From Atractiella rhizophila (taxonomy: Eukaryota): a stretch of DNA of 41,655 nucleotides. Each line of letters starts with the position of its first letter. Position 1 is the stretch's first letter. Shown in pieces: positions 1 through 12,203 of this stretch. The notes under the pieces are model-generated. The model was not told the origin of the DNA. It saw only the letters and a program-made list of their open reading frames with translations, and ran no database searches. The DNA is taken from positions 21,023-62,677 of the forward strand of contig MU271453.1 in NCBI GenBank assembly GCA_021432655.1, read 5' to 3'. A program made the translations under genes and the position numbers.

Positions 1-16
1 CTTGGAAGGTGCGTAG

Positions 17-1003
17 GGAGATATGATAATTGTCTTTGAGGGTTTAGATCGGTCTGGAAAGTCAAGCCAGTCTGAGCTGCTCAAAGCCAGACTGGAAGAG
101 GAGGGGAAAACTGTCCAATTGCTCAAATTTCCAGGTGTGATTTCTTCACTAGATTGGTGATAATCAGTTTATTATACACAAATATCTACATGATATTTTT
201 GGCCACCTCTTCTTGGAGAATGAGTTTACTATCGTCCTTCAATGATAAGATGTTTTCGTGGCTTTGCTTTGGGTGTCCGTTCTTATGTATAGCCTCATCC
301 GTATCTAAAACAGTTCAAAGTACTAGATCATATCTTCTTTTGATTGCTAGTGCTTATACTCGAGTATATCGAAGTTCTAGGCGTTGATTTTCACTTTAGG
401 CTGATTGTCATGGACAGCGAAATTGTGCTCACACCATCATTGACGTAGATCGTACCACTCCAATCGGAACTCTCATCAACTCCTACCTCCTCTCCAAGTC
501 TAACTTATCAGATGAATCCATACATCTCCTCTTCTCAGCAAATCGATGGGAGAAAGCGTGAGCTTCTTCCTGTAGATCCTGCCATCGCTTGCCTGACATC
601 GTTCAGTGAGAGCATCCAAGAAACTCTTTCTGCAGGAACTTGGATAGTCGCGGATAGATATTGTTTCTCCGGCATAGCATTTACTGCTGCCAAGGGCCTT
701 TCGATCGAGTGGTGTCGTTCTCCAGATGTAGGACTGCCAGCTCCTGACCTGACGCTTTTCCTGGACTTAACGGCTGAGGCAGCGGAGCAACGTGGCGGAT
801 ATGGTGAGGAGCGGTACGAGAAGAAGGAGATGCAACGGAAAGTAAAGGAGCATTTTGAGGCACTTGGTAAGGAGGAAGGAGAGCGGTGGAAAGTTATTGA
901 TGCCGATGGAACCAGAGAAGAAGTGAAGGGGAAGATCTGGGATGCTGTGAGATATCTGATGGACGTAGATGGAGGAATTGAAATCAGGAAAATGTGGCAG
1001 TGA
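17..1003 (+). CDS. CDC8: Thymidylate (dTMP) kinase, spliced; 5' end probably lies upstream of the window (alternative ATG at 23)
   Basis: Spliced translation gives [15 protein letters not shown] (P-loop), [40 protein letters not shown] and GYGEERYE. Introns are 135-448 and 558-606; stop TGA is at 1001-1003. Confidence 0.93.
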
Positions 1004-1058
1004 AGAAATTGGCGGTATCATGGACTCGCGTCGTCATCGAGAACTGGAAGTGTGAACA

Positions 1059-2309
1059 TTAAGTTTGCGTGCAGCAGGCATCTGGCGGCGAACCTTTGCA
1101 AAAAATAAAGCTAGTCCCATTCCCCCCAAACACTCGTTCTATGTGCGCACTCTCCTCGTCGATCTTCAGCCGTCTTGGCTCCCGTATCGACTCCAGTCCT
1201 TCCACACCGAGATTTCCATGCTCATTCCATCCCCATCCCCACACTTGTCCGTCAGTGCTTGATACAAGTAGGTGCTCGCTCCCAGCATTGAAGTCTGCGA
1301 CGAAAGATGAGATGTTGATGCGAATAGGGTCCATGGCACGAGAAATGGATGAAGGAATCACTGTAGAGGAAGGGCGAGATCTTGGAAGTTGGCCATGCGA
1401 GTCGATTCCCCAGCCGAAGATTTGGGTATTGTTCTTATCATGGAGATAAGTGCCGTTCCAGGTGCAAAACAGGCGATAAGTCGAACTCGGAATCTTTAGA
1501 ACAGACTGCTCGCCTGGTTTTTGCTCGAACCCATCCTCCTTGTGTCCAAGTTGATTACGACGTCCGCTTCCTAAAGAGAGCACGGACATTTCTTGTTCCC
1601 AGTAGAGGAGAATAGCAGAATGATCTTTTCCTACCGCCAGGTCCAAGACAGCAGATGATGCTCCCAAATCTATGGTTCGCGGAAGGGGGATAACCGACTC
1701 TTTGGAACCCAGCTGCCCATGCCGTGATGCTCCCCAGCCAACCAGTACTTGAGAACCCTCGAGAGACAGCAAACAAAGACTGTGTCGTACCCCACATGAT
1801 AACCTCTCGATCTTTCTGGGATATGTATCTTGTTCAATGTGCGAGAAATCAACCTCACCGCAAAGCTGAGGTTTAGTTGCTTTGCGTCCTAGTTCGCCAA
1901 ACGCGTTTTCCCCTCCCCAAGAAACCAGACGATCGTCTTTTGTCTCATCCTTAGATGAAAGCACGACAAATTTAGTTTCCCAACAACATCCCACGGATGC
2001 AACGTCGTATTCTGCTGGACTGGAATCGATGGACCCAAAAATTTCTTGCAGACGCATCTTCCTGAACACTTTCTCGTCTTCTAACTGGCCAGGTTCCATC
2101 GATGATCCAGCGAGCCAGATCTCCTTCTTTCCCTGAAAATTGAGGAGGATCATAGTTCCATTTGTACTTGATGCAAAACTTTCGACTTTCAATGGCAAAT
2201 TTGAAGGCAGATCTCGAAAGACGCAAGGAAGGAAAGCAGCGCATTCTTCTGCATTTGAACCAACTCCAAGCTGGCCTTTGAGATTCGAACCTGCAGCAAA
2301 GACTTTCAT
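1059..2309 (-). CDS. RCC1/BLIP-II beta-propeller repeat protein (ATS1/SERGEF-like), intronless, 416 aa
   Basis: RCC1 repeat signatures: GSNLKGQLG, SCGVRHS, WGASRHGQLG, AVGKDHS, AGSEHLL and WGWGWNEHGNLG. Confidence 0.88.
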   Translation of the reverse strand: MKVFAAGSNLKGQLGVGSNAEECAAFLPCVFRDLPSNLPLKVESFASSTNGTMILLNFQGKKEIWLAGSSMEPGQLEDEKVFRKMRLQEIFGSIDSSPAEYDVASVGCCWETKFVVLSSKDETKDDRLVSWGGENAFGELGRKATKPQLCGEVDFSHIEQDTYPRKIERLSCGVRHSLCLLSLEGSQVLVGWGASRHGQLGSKESVIPLPRTIDLGASSAVLDLAVGKDHSAILLYWEQEMSVLSLGSGRRNQLGHKEDGFEQKPGEQSVLKIPSSTYRLFCTWNGTYLHDKNNTQIFGWGIDSHGQLPRSRPSSTVIPSSISRAMDPIRINISSFVADFNAGSEHLLVSSTDGQVWGWGWNEHGNLGVEGLESIREPRRLKIDEESAHIERVFGGNGTSFIFCKGSPPDACCTQT

Positions 2310-2806
2310 GTCATCGAGTAAAATTATTCGTGGTTCTCTCTCCTGCTATGGCCACGTGATTTGCACAAAAACGCAGCAAAGTTGGACTCGAAAGGTAAAG
2401 ACAATGATAGTTCAGTGATATCAGACCCAGTACGGGAGTAGTCTTTGTCACTCATCCCAGCTATATAGTCCAAGCATTATTGGCTAGCTTTGACAAGGAA
2501 TAATTTGAAACGATCGTTTACTGCTTACTTTGGTTGCCTCTTAAGTTACTCTCAGAACGCTCTAAAGAGCATACGTATACGTCTCTTCTTTCTGCTTCTT
2601 CTTTATCTAGTGTAGTTATTTTATGAATCCTGAGCACTTGTTGAAACTCTGGGATTGCCTCATTGCTCGTTTCATGCCGACCACATTTATCTTCTCCGAC
2701 CCTGTGGAAGTTTGAAGATGAAATTTTTCAGGCTAGGGAGGCAAATGTTAATGTACAAGGCTTGATTCGAGGCGCCGAAGGCATCTATTCCAAACCAGAT
2801 CGATAC

Positions 2807-3320
2807 TTATCCATGTTGCTCTGAATGCTTTGTTGAATGCGGCAGCGGTGAAAGCCCTCGTCCGTGCCAGGGAAGTGGATCGGCGCCTTCGATAATCCAG
2901 TTTTGTGGACCTTGGAAGATATGCGGCGTGCTGTATTCTTCCATTTGGTATCAGATCAGTCATACGGCATTTCCACTACTCATCATCGGAGGTGAAGGCG
3001 GTGCTTCCTGGATCTTGAGCAGCATTTGACATATCCAATCTCTCAGGATTTGAAGGTGGCGCCGAATTGAAGAAGACCCAGTATAGTTTTGATTATGACG
3101 AAGTTTGTATGATGTTTTGTGAAAAGTGACGGCAAGGGAATGTGGTTTCGCCTGACCAACAAGCAAGTGTAAATGTCAGGGTAGGTCGCCGTGGAGCAAC
3201 TTCAGTAAAATCACTGCTAATATGGACGGCATTGGATGCATGGAGACCAGCGTCTAATCGTCATATCACAATGTTGTTCGGCAAGAGGTGGAGACATATG
3301 GTGAATGGTATAACCCTTAC
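2807..3320 (-). pseudogene. Possible degenerate orphan gene
   Basis: A ~130-codon minus-strand frame (DAGLHASNAVH...SAPPSNPERLD...PLPWHGRG...EQHG*) follows a GTAAGG...TAG intron-like segment. It is interrupted by one in-frame TAA (3093-3095) and one weak-donor intron. No recognisable domain. Confidence 0.25.
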
Positions 3321-4101
3321 GTGTCTCAGAATGCTAGAACAGAATATTCAAATATAACTGTTTCCGCTGTGTGAACTGAAGGAGTATGCAGATTTGACCG
3401 CGTTGCATTTCGAGTGCTTTGTTAACACCAGAAGTGGAAAGTCTGGCATTTAATCTCAGGGAAAATAGTTCCCTTCTTCTAATGTGTTTAACATTGGCGA
3501 CACTGGCCCTGCACTGACACTAGCAGGATCTATGGTCTACAGTCGGGTAAACTCCTTGAGGAGAGGTTTATGAATGACAAATATGGGGGATGAGATTATG
3601 GTGTAGAATGAGATAGGGCACAGCTTTTGTCCGCACTCAATCTGACACTCGCTTTCGACTGTCTGCTATGGCAATATTTTTTTGCGTCGTTATTTCGAAG
3701 GCACCTTATAAAAAGGTCTGTAGATTTAAAAGTTTATCGACCTTACTTGATACTCTCTCTGTGTAAACGCGGTTTATCCATCGTGCACGCGAGCCAGTGA
3801 ACAAAGGGTCAAATAGATCTGATAATCGCCAGTGGGCGAAAATCAGTGACAGGTCCATCTGATTCTTTTGTTTTCCAGATCTGGCCGTGTAAGAACCGCT
3901 TAAATTTATGTAGTCTCTTTGTCCCTTTCGAGCGATTCAGAGATAGTGAGGGTCCTTTTGCCTTCACCAACTCCGCATGCTTGCAAGAGTATAAATGGTC
4001 CCTCTATTTCCCCAACTTCTTTTCTCCCAGCTTTTCAACCAGATTATTCTAGCCAGAGCATTCTGCGCATATCCTGTCTAACTTGATACCCACTTGATCA
4101 A

Positions 4102-4973
4102 ATGGATCCGTTCCAATACAACCCGTATGTGATCGTCTTCAACTCAGCCCAAGCTTTGTATGTCCCTTCCAAGTGCAACCACTTGTACGCTTATTTGTAA
4201 CAACCAGCTCTATTTGCCAACTCTTTGATGGCCGACTTGACATCGACCGTGGACGACCTCTCACTCCAGCGGAGATCATCTTCGCAGCTTCTGAAATTTC
4301 CAGCGCGGCTGAAACGCTAGAAAACCTGAAAAAGGACCCTCCTTTCTTCAGAGGTGCGTACCTGAATCATGCAAGTCTGCTAAATGATGAATGATCGGTA
4401 ACAGAAATTTCTGTTACGGAAACCTATCAAGACCCTATTGTGTTTGCGGACCGAGTTCTCGAATTTCTCCCAATACTTCGTGTAGCTCTACATCTCGGTC
4501 CTCTGGTGTATGCATTGGGAGATCGCCAAAGAGCTGAACACACAATCACTCTTGTGCGCCATCCCACTTCCACAAATGATCCTTCTTGCTTACAATACAA
4601 CTAGGCAAATCACCTTCGTGCCATCCTTCATGATTTTCTTGCTGGAAATCATCCTTTGGTCTCAACTGAATGGATTGCCATCCATCAGAACCATATCCTG
4701 CATTGGCCAGAATTGCGAGACCTCTTCGAAGAAGCTGGCACAGTGGAAGAAAGTGTGGAGGTGAACCGAGACCCAGATTTGCAACTTATGGGAGAAAGCG
4801 AGCCTGAAGTGATGTGCGAAATTGAGGAACGGTTGCAGACCATCATTGACACTTGGACGAAGCAACAAGAGTGGAAGACTATGAACAATCGGGAGCGCGA
4901 ACAATGGTCCCCAGATTCAGATTCTTGGGGAACGTTATCTTCCACTTCTTCATCTCCTTTTCATTCAGCTTGA
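4102..4973 (+). CDS. Hypothetical protein (~240 aa, 4 exons)
   Basis: ATG at 4102. Three canonical ~50-nt introns (GTATGT..CAG, GTGCGT..CAG, GTGCGC..TAG) join the ORF fragments in frame (MDPFQYNP...FSICQLFDGRL...EISVTETYQDP...ANHLRAILHDF...SSPFHSA*). No family recognised. Confidence 0.6.
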
Positions 4974-5172
4974 CTCGACACTTTCCTTTCCCATTTTTTA
5001 TCTTCTTGGACTGTGTATAGATGTTGTCCTCGCTTGTACTTCTGCTCTCAAATCTGTTGCGCTTCTCGTTCTCATTCTCGCATTTAGTTGCCAGTTTCAA
5101 TTGTCTGATTACCGTTTACAACATGCACTAAATGTACCTTCATACTTTTGTTGACCCTCGAAACCAATGTAT

Positions 5173-7831
5173 CTAGCTCATCTCATCTGGGAATGACAAC
5201 CCTTCCCGATACTCTATATACGCGTCCAAATTGGTCCATACGCCTTCAGCACGGCTTCGCAGACCAGGATATTTCCGTTTGTCAACACCCTTGATCTAAA
5301 CGAGACATGAGCACATTGACCTGCTAAAAGCAATCCAGCGTACAGTTTTTTTGAGCTGAGCTCTAGCGTTTCGCAAGGAAACAATAAAATCGTTTCGGCG
5401 GAAAACGATGTCATAATCCCTCGTTTCGTCACCGTACACATCGAAGATCTCGTCCAGCGCCTGAAGAATAACCTCAAGTCGATTCACATCCTTCATTGAC
5501 AATTCGACCTGAGAGATGAAGGAGAACAGAAGTTTTCCAACAGCCTATACCGATCAAGTAAGGATTAAGACGGGTTGATGAGTAGATTACTGACCTCGTT
5601 CTCAGCAATAGATACACCAGTCCGCGATGCCAGACAACCAAGTGTCCCAACAGCTCTCAACTTGATGGAGGAAGAATTAGAATTGGTAGCGAGCCGTTTC
5701 ACGAATTCTATCTCTTCAGGAGAGAAACCAAGGCTTTCGTCGACCTTTGCTCGTGCCAACGCCCATAAGCACCCAACGCACATTTCTAACACCTCCTGTT
5801 TGATGTCCATTTCCTCCTTGTCCTTGCCTTTGTCCTTCGCGTTGCCACCGCTTCCAGCGGAAAACGCTTCAATCATCTGGGTGGTTTCGGCTATGCGACC
5901 AACTTCTTTCCACGTCATTTGACATATGGATGCGTATTCCTTTGGCAGAGTTGCAGAACGAGCGACCACTATCAAAAGGTTGTTCAGACATTCGAGGGAC
6001 CGTAGGTGGATGGAGGACACAAGATCGGCAATGACTGGAGGAGCATTGGAGGAGGGTCCTGTTGATATTAGCGTTGAGGAGGTGGCGGGGGGCAGAAACG
6101 AGATGTCGGTGGGAGAAGCTAGCCGAAGGAAGAGTGCAATGAGAGACGGGATTGACGAAAGGGACGGATTGGAAAGCTTCGGACCGGACTGTCCGTTGAC
6201 GGGTTGCTTGACGTCTGCTTTCTCCTCCACTTCCGCTAGTGTCTGATGATCGTGCTTACCGTCCTTTCGTTTCTTCTTCTTCTTCCTCTGAGCTTTCTTG
6301 TTTCCCTCTGTTTCCACATCTACCTCCATTCCACCAGCATCAACGCCCTCTGGCTCTGCTTCCATCGCGACATCTTCTCCATCCTCGGCATCATCAAACA
6401 ACGCCTTCCGCTGGACATCCGCATTCCATTGCTCTTCATCATCTCCATCCAGCACACCATCCAAAGAAGCGCAAATTTCAGCAAGAATCTCGAGGGCTGT
6501 TTCTGCTCTCGTCAAAAGAGATTCGGATCGTTGTAGAGCCTGGAGAGACGATGACGGTGTTGCTATGCTTTTGGCTGAAGCCAGGGAATACGGCGTGGAA
6601 GCGAGCGCCGCATTTCCTTCCAATCCCTAACTGTCCTCAGCCTGTGACTCAAAGAAGAATAGGAGAACTCACCAGTTGCTTCCAAACTTCCTTGGACGCT
6701 TTCACGACTTCCTCGAGTTGGAGCCCTTCTAATCTCGATCCCAGGCATTTAATTAGCTCCTGTTCTCGACCGCCCATATCTTCTTTCTTAAACACAACTC
6801 CCATCAGATTGCGATAAATTCCAGCCGATAGAGTCACGATAGTTTCCTTCTCTTCGTCATCGCTCACGGCTGAAGAGATGATGCTCTCCAAAGTGGAGAG
6901 GTATGACCTCGTCAAGTTTAAGGATGCCATACGTCGTACAAAGATCTCATTCTCCTCATTGGAAGTGAGGGAATAAAGAAACTGAGCAGCCGAAGATGAA
7001 GTAGGAGCGAGATAGAGGAGGAGTTGAGGGAGAGATGTCGACGACGTGAGGATAGGCAGAGATTTCGGTGCAGATTCCCTACACGATGACTTAGTATTAA
7101 CTCTGGTGATACGACTGGCTAGCTTACGATAAGCACCATCCCAGAATCAACCAATCATCCAAACCCAAAGCAGACTTCTTGATCCTCTGAATGTCGGCAG
7201 GGTCAGCTACTGACGCTTCCTCAGCAGCCTTCCCTTTACCTGACGGCGCAGTCTCCAATTGCAGAGCATTCAGATACCTTGGCAGAAGTGACAGGTATAC
7301 CGGAGAGAGGCCCTTGTTGTGCATTTCTCCTACGATGGAGGGAGCTTCGGTGACAGCAAGATGTCTTCGTTCCTCTTCAGATCCAGTTCATAAAGGCAAT
7401 CAAAAGACGCACCGTAAACAACCAAGCGCTTCGACCCAGCATTCCACACGTACGTCCTCCTCCCGTGTAGTCCCAATAACAGAGTCCTCTTTGATGATCT
7501 TGACGAGCGTTCCAATAGCATTCTTCGACAACAGAGCACGCCGCGTGCCATCATCACAAGTCGCCAAAGTCGCCGTCAAAGAGTTTAACGCTTCGAGTCT
7601 GACAGATGGCACACCTGTTTCGAGCTACTGCCGCATTATTTAGATCGCTCAACCCAAGCAAAAGAAAAGACAAGGTAATCATACCTGATCAACAACCTCG
7701 AGTCTCGATGATCGGGCGGAGGCATCGGCAGCTTTCTTTTTTGCTTTTGAGGTGTTCCCAGAGCTCGAAGGGAGTTGAGATGCACTCTCCCGCGCGAGGC
7801 GGATGCGACGCTGGTGCTGTGACTTTCCCAT
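5173..7831 (-). CDS. SYO1: ARM/HEAT-repeat protein, symportin Syo1/HEATR3-like (RPL5/RPL11 import adaptor)
   Basis: N-terminus MGKSQHQRR..; ARM-like helices with VEALGCLR; a long acidic loop; C-terminal QALDEIFDVYGDE..YDIVFR and VDKRKYPGLRSRAEGVWTNLDAYIEYR, matching my recollection of the family. Multiple GT-AG introns. Confidence 0.8.
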
Positions 7832-8610
7832 GGCGCCTTCTGCCACGAAGAAAATTTCAGGGGAACATAACGTACGGCAAACGAACGAGAGTGCTCGCAC
7901 GTGATGCTCTGAACAATCATTATTGCAGCTGGTTACCTCCATTTCCATTTCCTCGCTCTGATCTGGTGCTCGGGCAGCCTGGGTGGTGGGAAACATAGCT
8001 TGGTTCTGACTTGTCGATGAGTTAAACACACAATGGGAGATGAGATATCGGAGCAGGGCCAGCTAATACACTGGAACACTGGAACATAACATTTGTGGAT
8101 AGAAAAGCGCAGAAACTTCTCTCTTATATTCATATCATTATTCGTATCATTATTATAAATGTCAGTTATGAACGGTAGATCAGGATCCCCTGGTTGTATT
8201 ATGATGGGAATAGGTTTGGAACAGTCGGATTCCAATATGGAATAGGCAAGCACACAAACCTGTTCAGCGTTCTGGTTGACGATATGACATCGTCGCTTCT
8301 CGATTGTAAGACGCATCTGACAGAAATATAAGCTATAGGCTGTCCCACGTCTGTGATGGGATCTTAGATTTCCTGTCTTTGAACTTCTCAGGCCAATGGT
8401 CACGTAAACCACTCATTCTGAGTATGGCCAAAGGTCTCGGTATATGTACCATATATTAAAAAATCACTCTGCGGCATTGAGACAGGTGAGGTTCAGATTC
8501 ATGGTAGGTGGTGTCAATTCCAAGCTCATGATTGGCTGTGATTGGCCAACTCGAAGCCAACACAAAATTCAACCACCTCCGCCGAAGCAGCTATATCCTC
8601 CTTTTACCCA

Positions 8611-10254
8611 ATGAGGTCAGTACGGGCTGCCAACTCTCTGACCAGGATCTCCAAAGCATCCTTGGCGCCGCTTTCGAGGTCATATGCGACCCCAGCAGCT
8701 CCATTCCCTTCCATACAGTCCGCCAAACTCTCAAAGGGTATCACCGTCGCTACGGTCGAAGACCCTACTCCCACCGCTGCCATCACAGTCGCTATTCCTG
8801 CCGGTTCAAGACACGAACCCATTGCTGGAGCTGCTCATGTGCTGAAGAATTTGGTGCTCAGGGTGCGTTTTTCATTTTCGGTATTTGGGTATGTGACTGG
8901 AGCTCAACGCTCTGCCGGACGTCTTCGCTTCAGAGTACCTTCAAGCGGAGCGCGCTCGCTATTGCTCGGCAGGTGGAGCTCAACGGAGGGCTGGTATCAT
9001 CGACACTCACGCGGGAGCACCTCCTGTTGACGGCAGAATTTATTAAGGGTGACGAGTGCATATTCCTCTTCATTCTCCGTCAGCCACATGTCATGCTTAT
9101 ATGATACTCACAGGGGATTCTTTGCCGAGCTTTTGGGTGACGTCCTCACGTCCTCTCGCTTCCCTGATTGGGAATACTCGGAGGACGTCCTTCCACAGCT
9201 TGAGATTGAATACGCTCAAGCTCTTCAAGACCCGTCCGTCACGGCCATTGAGAAGGCGCATCAGCTCGCTTTCCGGAATGGGCTTGGAAATTCTCTCTTC
9301 GTCAGCCCGGAGTTGAAGGTCCCCCACTCGAAGGCGACGCAATACGCGAGAGTTGCTCTCTCCAGCCCTGGAGTGACAGTTGTCGGCACCGGAATGAAGC
9401 AAGACTCCCTTGCCCAATTCGTCGAGGAATTTTACACTAAGTCTCACAAGAATGTCGACGTCAGCGGCATCGACTTTGACAATCCAGAGGTCAAGCCTGT
9501 CAACACCGCTTCCGAGTATTTTGGGGGGCATGCGCGGATTCCGCATAAAGACCACTCTTACTCTTACTCGCATCATGCTCCACCTGCGACGGATCGGTAC
9601 CTCATTGCTTTCCCTTCTGCTCCCTCCACAAAATCTCAAGCTTTCGACGTCCTCGCACATCTCCTCGGCGGTGGAGCTCCCGCGGTTAAGTGGACCACGG
9701 GAGCCTCTCCACTTAGCAAAACCTTCTCCTCAAAAGTTCAAACCTTCAACTTCAATTACAGCGACGCCGGTCTCTTCGGATTCCTTATTGATGCTGAAAC
9801 TCGTGATGTGAAGTCTGTTGCCCAGGGAACGATCAAGGAACTCAAGAATGTCGCGTCTGGAGCGAAGGAAGAAGACCTCAAGAGGGCAGTCGCGAAGGCT
9901 AAGTTCACCATCGCAGAGTCGTGGGAGGGAAGGGTTGGCAGGACAGTCTCCGTCGCAACACAGGTCCGTTCCTATTTCTCGTGTCTCTCGTATCTCACCT
10001 CGACTCTTGCTCACGTGGTCTCTGTCCCAGTTGGCCAATAGCCAAGGCAGCGTATCCTCGCTCGCGGATACCCTCTCTGCTTACGATAGCGTCAAAATTT
10101 CGGACGTCGCCGAGGTATGTCGTTATAGATGTGGTTGTCTCACCAAATGCTGATGGGATGTAAACAGGCCGCCAATGCACTCCTAAAAGCCAAACCGACC
10201 TCGGTTGCGGTGGGTGACACTAGGAACCTGCCTTATGTCGAGGAATTTTTGTAG
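8611..10254 (+). CDS. QCR2: Ubiquinol-cytochrome c reductase core subunit 2 (non-catalytic M16 family)
   Basis: Mitochondrial presequence ending RSYAT; AGSRHE..GAAHVLKN (no HxxEH); STFKRSALAIARQVELNGG; AHQLAFRNGLGNSL; YSDAGLFG; KRAVAKAKF; C-terminal AVGDTRNLPYVEEFL*. Confidence 0.92.
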
Positions 10255-10502
10255 ATCCCCAGAATGGAATTCATACTGCCTCCTTAACGTCAACTTCCCT
10301 AGCATGCGTTTGCAGTCAAAATGGCAAATCGAAGCTTGAAGCATTTCTCTCCCCGCGTTCTTCTCCTCCCTGAGGCCGCGCCTTGAAACTTGAACCGCAG
10401 AACCTAGTTGTTCGGAAGTAGTCATTGTCTATTTGATTTAGCAGTGTCTAGCCTAGATAACATCAGTTGCACCCTGCAGTGGCGCAACTTCAGCCTCACA
10501 AA

Positions 10503-11582
10503 ATGGGTGGTACCGATGTCAAAGATGAGTCTAGACCATTACACTGTTGCCTGACTGGCTTTGGGGTGGGTGAATTTCTGAGTTTCTGCAAACAGGGACA
10601 TCAAAGGTACTGATTCTATGTCATAACCTCTTAGCCGTTTAGTCGTAGCCAGGACAACCCCAGTTGGCTCGCTGCAAGAGAGCTGGATGGACGGTTGCTC
10701 ACACCTCCACCTGGCTCGAAGAGCGACAAGAAGATCCAAGTGTCCGCCTATGAGATTCCAGTGGTTTGGGACTCCGTGCTCAACATAGTTCCTACCTTTC
10801 AGTGTGTCCTTTCACTTTTACGACAGAATCATGTCTGAATTGAATATCCTCACAGTGGTCTGCCACCTGCTGAGCTGTCTAAGCAGACAGATGAAACGAA
10901 AACGTCGCTTCCGCTACCCGTTCATGATTTCGACCTCTTCGTGCATTGTGGATTGGGTACGCGGAAGTCGGCGCAATTAATTCACTCATAGGTTTCTAGG
11001 GTTAAATGGAACTGTACGATTTGAGACCATCGCGCACCGTTATGGGTACGGTCAGTCTGCAGACTGGGAGGGCAAGTATCCACCTGCTGAGCCTCGACCT
11101 GATCGGTTTTGGAAAGTGAGAAGGAAGGGATTTGTGGGAGAGCAGTGGGACGATCTTACAGATGGGGACAACACGCCACTACGTACAGTAGTCGATGTAC
11201 CAGCTCTGCAAGACTGGGTGCAAAAGCACATTGGGGTTGACGAAATTGTCACCATTTCAAATGATGCAGGTCACTGTTTTGTTTTACAGGCCCGATTCGC
11301 CAATACTGATATCTCCTAGGATTGTACCTCTGTGAATTCATCTTCTTTGCCTCCATGGCATGTGCAGTTCGGTGCTCTCGCGGGGAGGGTGTTGAGAAGG
11401 CGACTGGAAGACAAAAGCCAGTGCTGTTTATTCATGTGACCGAGTACGCTTGAGATTCTTTGTTATCCTTTACTAAAGTGGTTTGTAGCATTGGGAAACC
11501 GTTTTCTCTAGAAGGATTAACTCGGATCATCGAAGCAGCCATCTGGGGGATAGCCGGAGAGGGACTGGTCAAAGATGCCTAG
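10503..11582 (+). CDS. Pyroglutamyl-peptidase I (peptidase C15)
   Basis: Spliced translation gives LTGFG|PF...NPSWLAA, VHCGLG, RFETIA (catalytic Glu), SNDAG|LYLCEF (catalytic Cys) and VLFIHV (catalytic His). Confidence 0.88.
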
Positions 11583-11820
11583 CGTTCCGCCCCGACTTCC
11601 GTTTCTCCATTCGAAGCTTTACAGTGGGGGTTGCTTTTTTCAGATGGAAAGCTCTTATGTCAACGGACCGTGAGAGTGTGAACAGCTGTATCAACAAATC
11701 AATCGTGTGAGACTGCGGGAGTTACAGTAAACGTTTCTTGACATGAAATACTACTCACGCAATCAGTCCAGTGGGGTCGAACGTCCTCTGGTTTCATCTG
11801 TGCACCTTACGATGAAACCC

Positions 11821-11856
11821 AGTGAACAACAAAGTGAACAGCAAAGTGAACCAGAA
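11821..11856. repeat. Imperfect tandem 12-mer x3 (AGTGAAC-core)
   Basis: AGTGAACAACAA / AGTGAACAGCAA / AGTGAACCAGAA, upstream of the SDR gene. Confidence 0.6.
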
Positions 11857-12203
11857 GGTGTGCATGGTCGATAGAGCGTATACCGCAAACATTGACGCTA
11901 GGATGCCATCTTCGGTCTCGGGGGTGTATGGGGAGGACCTCTCATAACGGGACCACCGTATTCGGAGACTGTTTCTAGCAGTACCGTCTAATAGGGCAGA
12001 TGCCCGATGGACGAGGTTCAAGGAGTAGAATGTGAGGAGCTCAACCCACTCCTTCTGCTTTAACCCACTCCTCGTTTGATTGTGGAGGTGTGGAGGGTGG
12101 AGCCTGCGCACCTCCCGCGATCATATAAATTCGATCGATTCGTCAGTGTCCCAGAATATAAATCAGAGGAGCAACTGACAATACGATCAACCATCGAGCA
12201 CAA

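Noticed and set aside
5575..6817. Several 100-190 aa plus-strand ORFs antisense to SYO1 (similar ones occur opposite QCR2, the oxidoreductase and UreD)
   Set aside because: These are shadow ORFs produced by codon bias of the real genes on the opposite strand.
7933..8412. 159-aa minus-strand ORF in the SYO1/QCR2 divergent gap, with an AT-rich ATCATTATT repeat
   Set aside because: Non-ATG start, no motif and low-complexity composition; most likely promoter or intergenic DNA.
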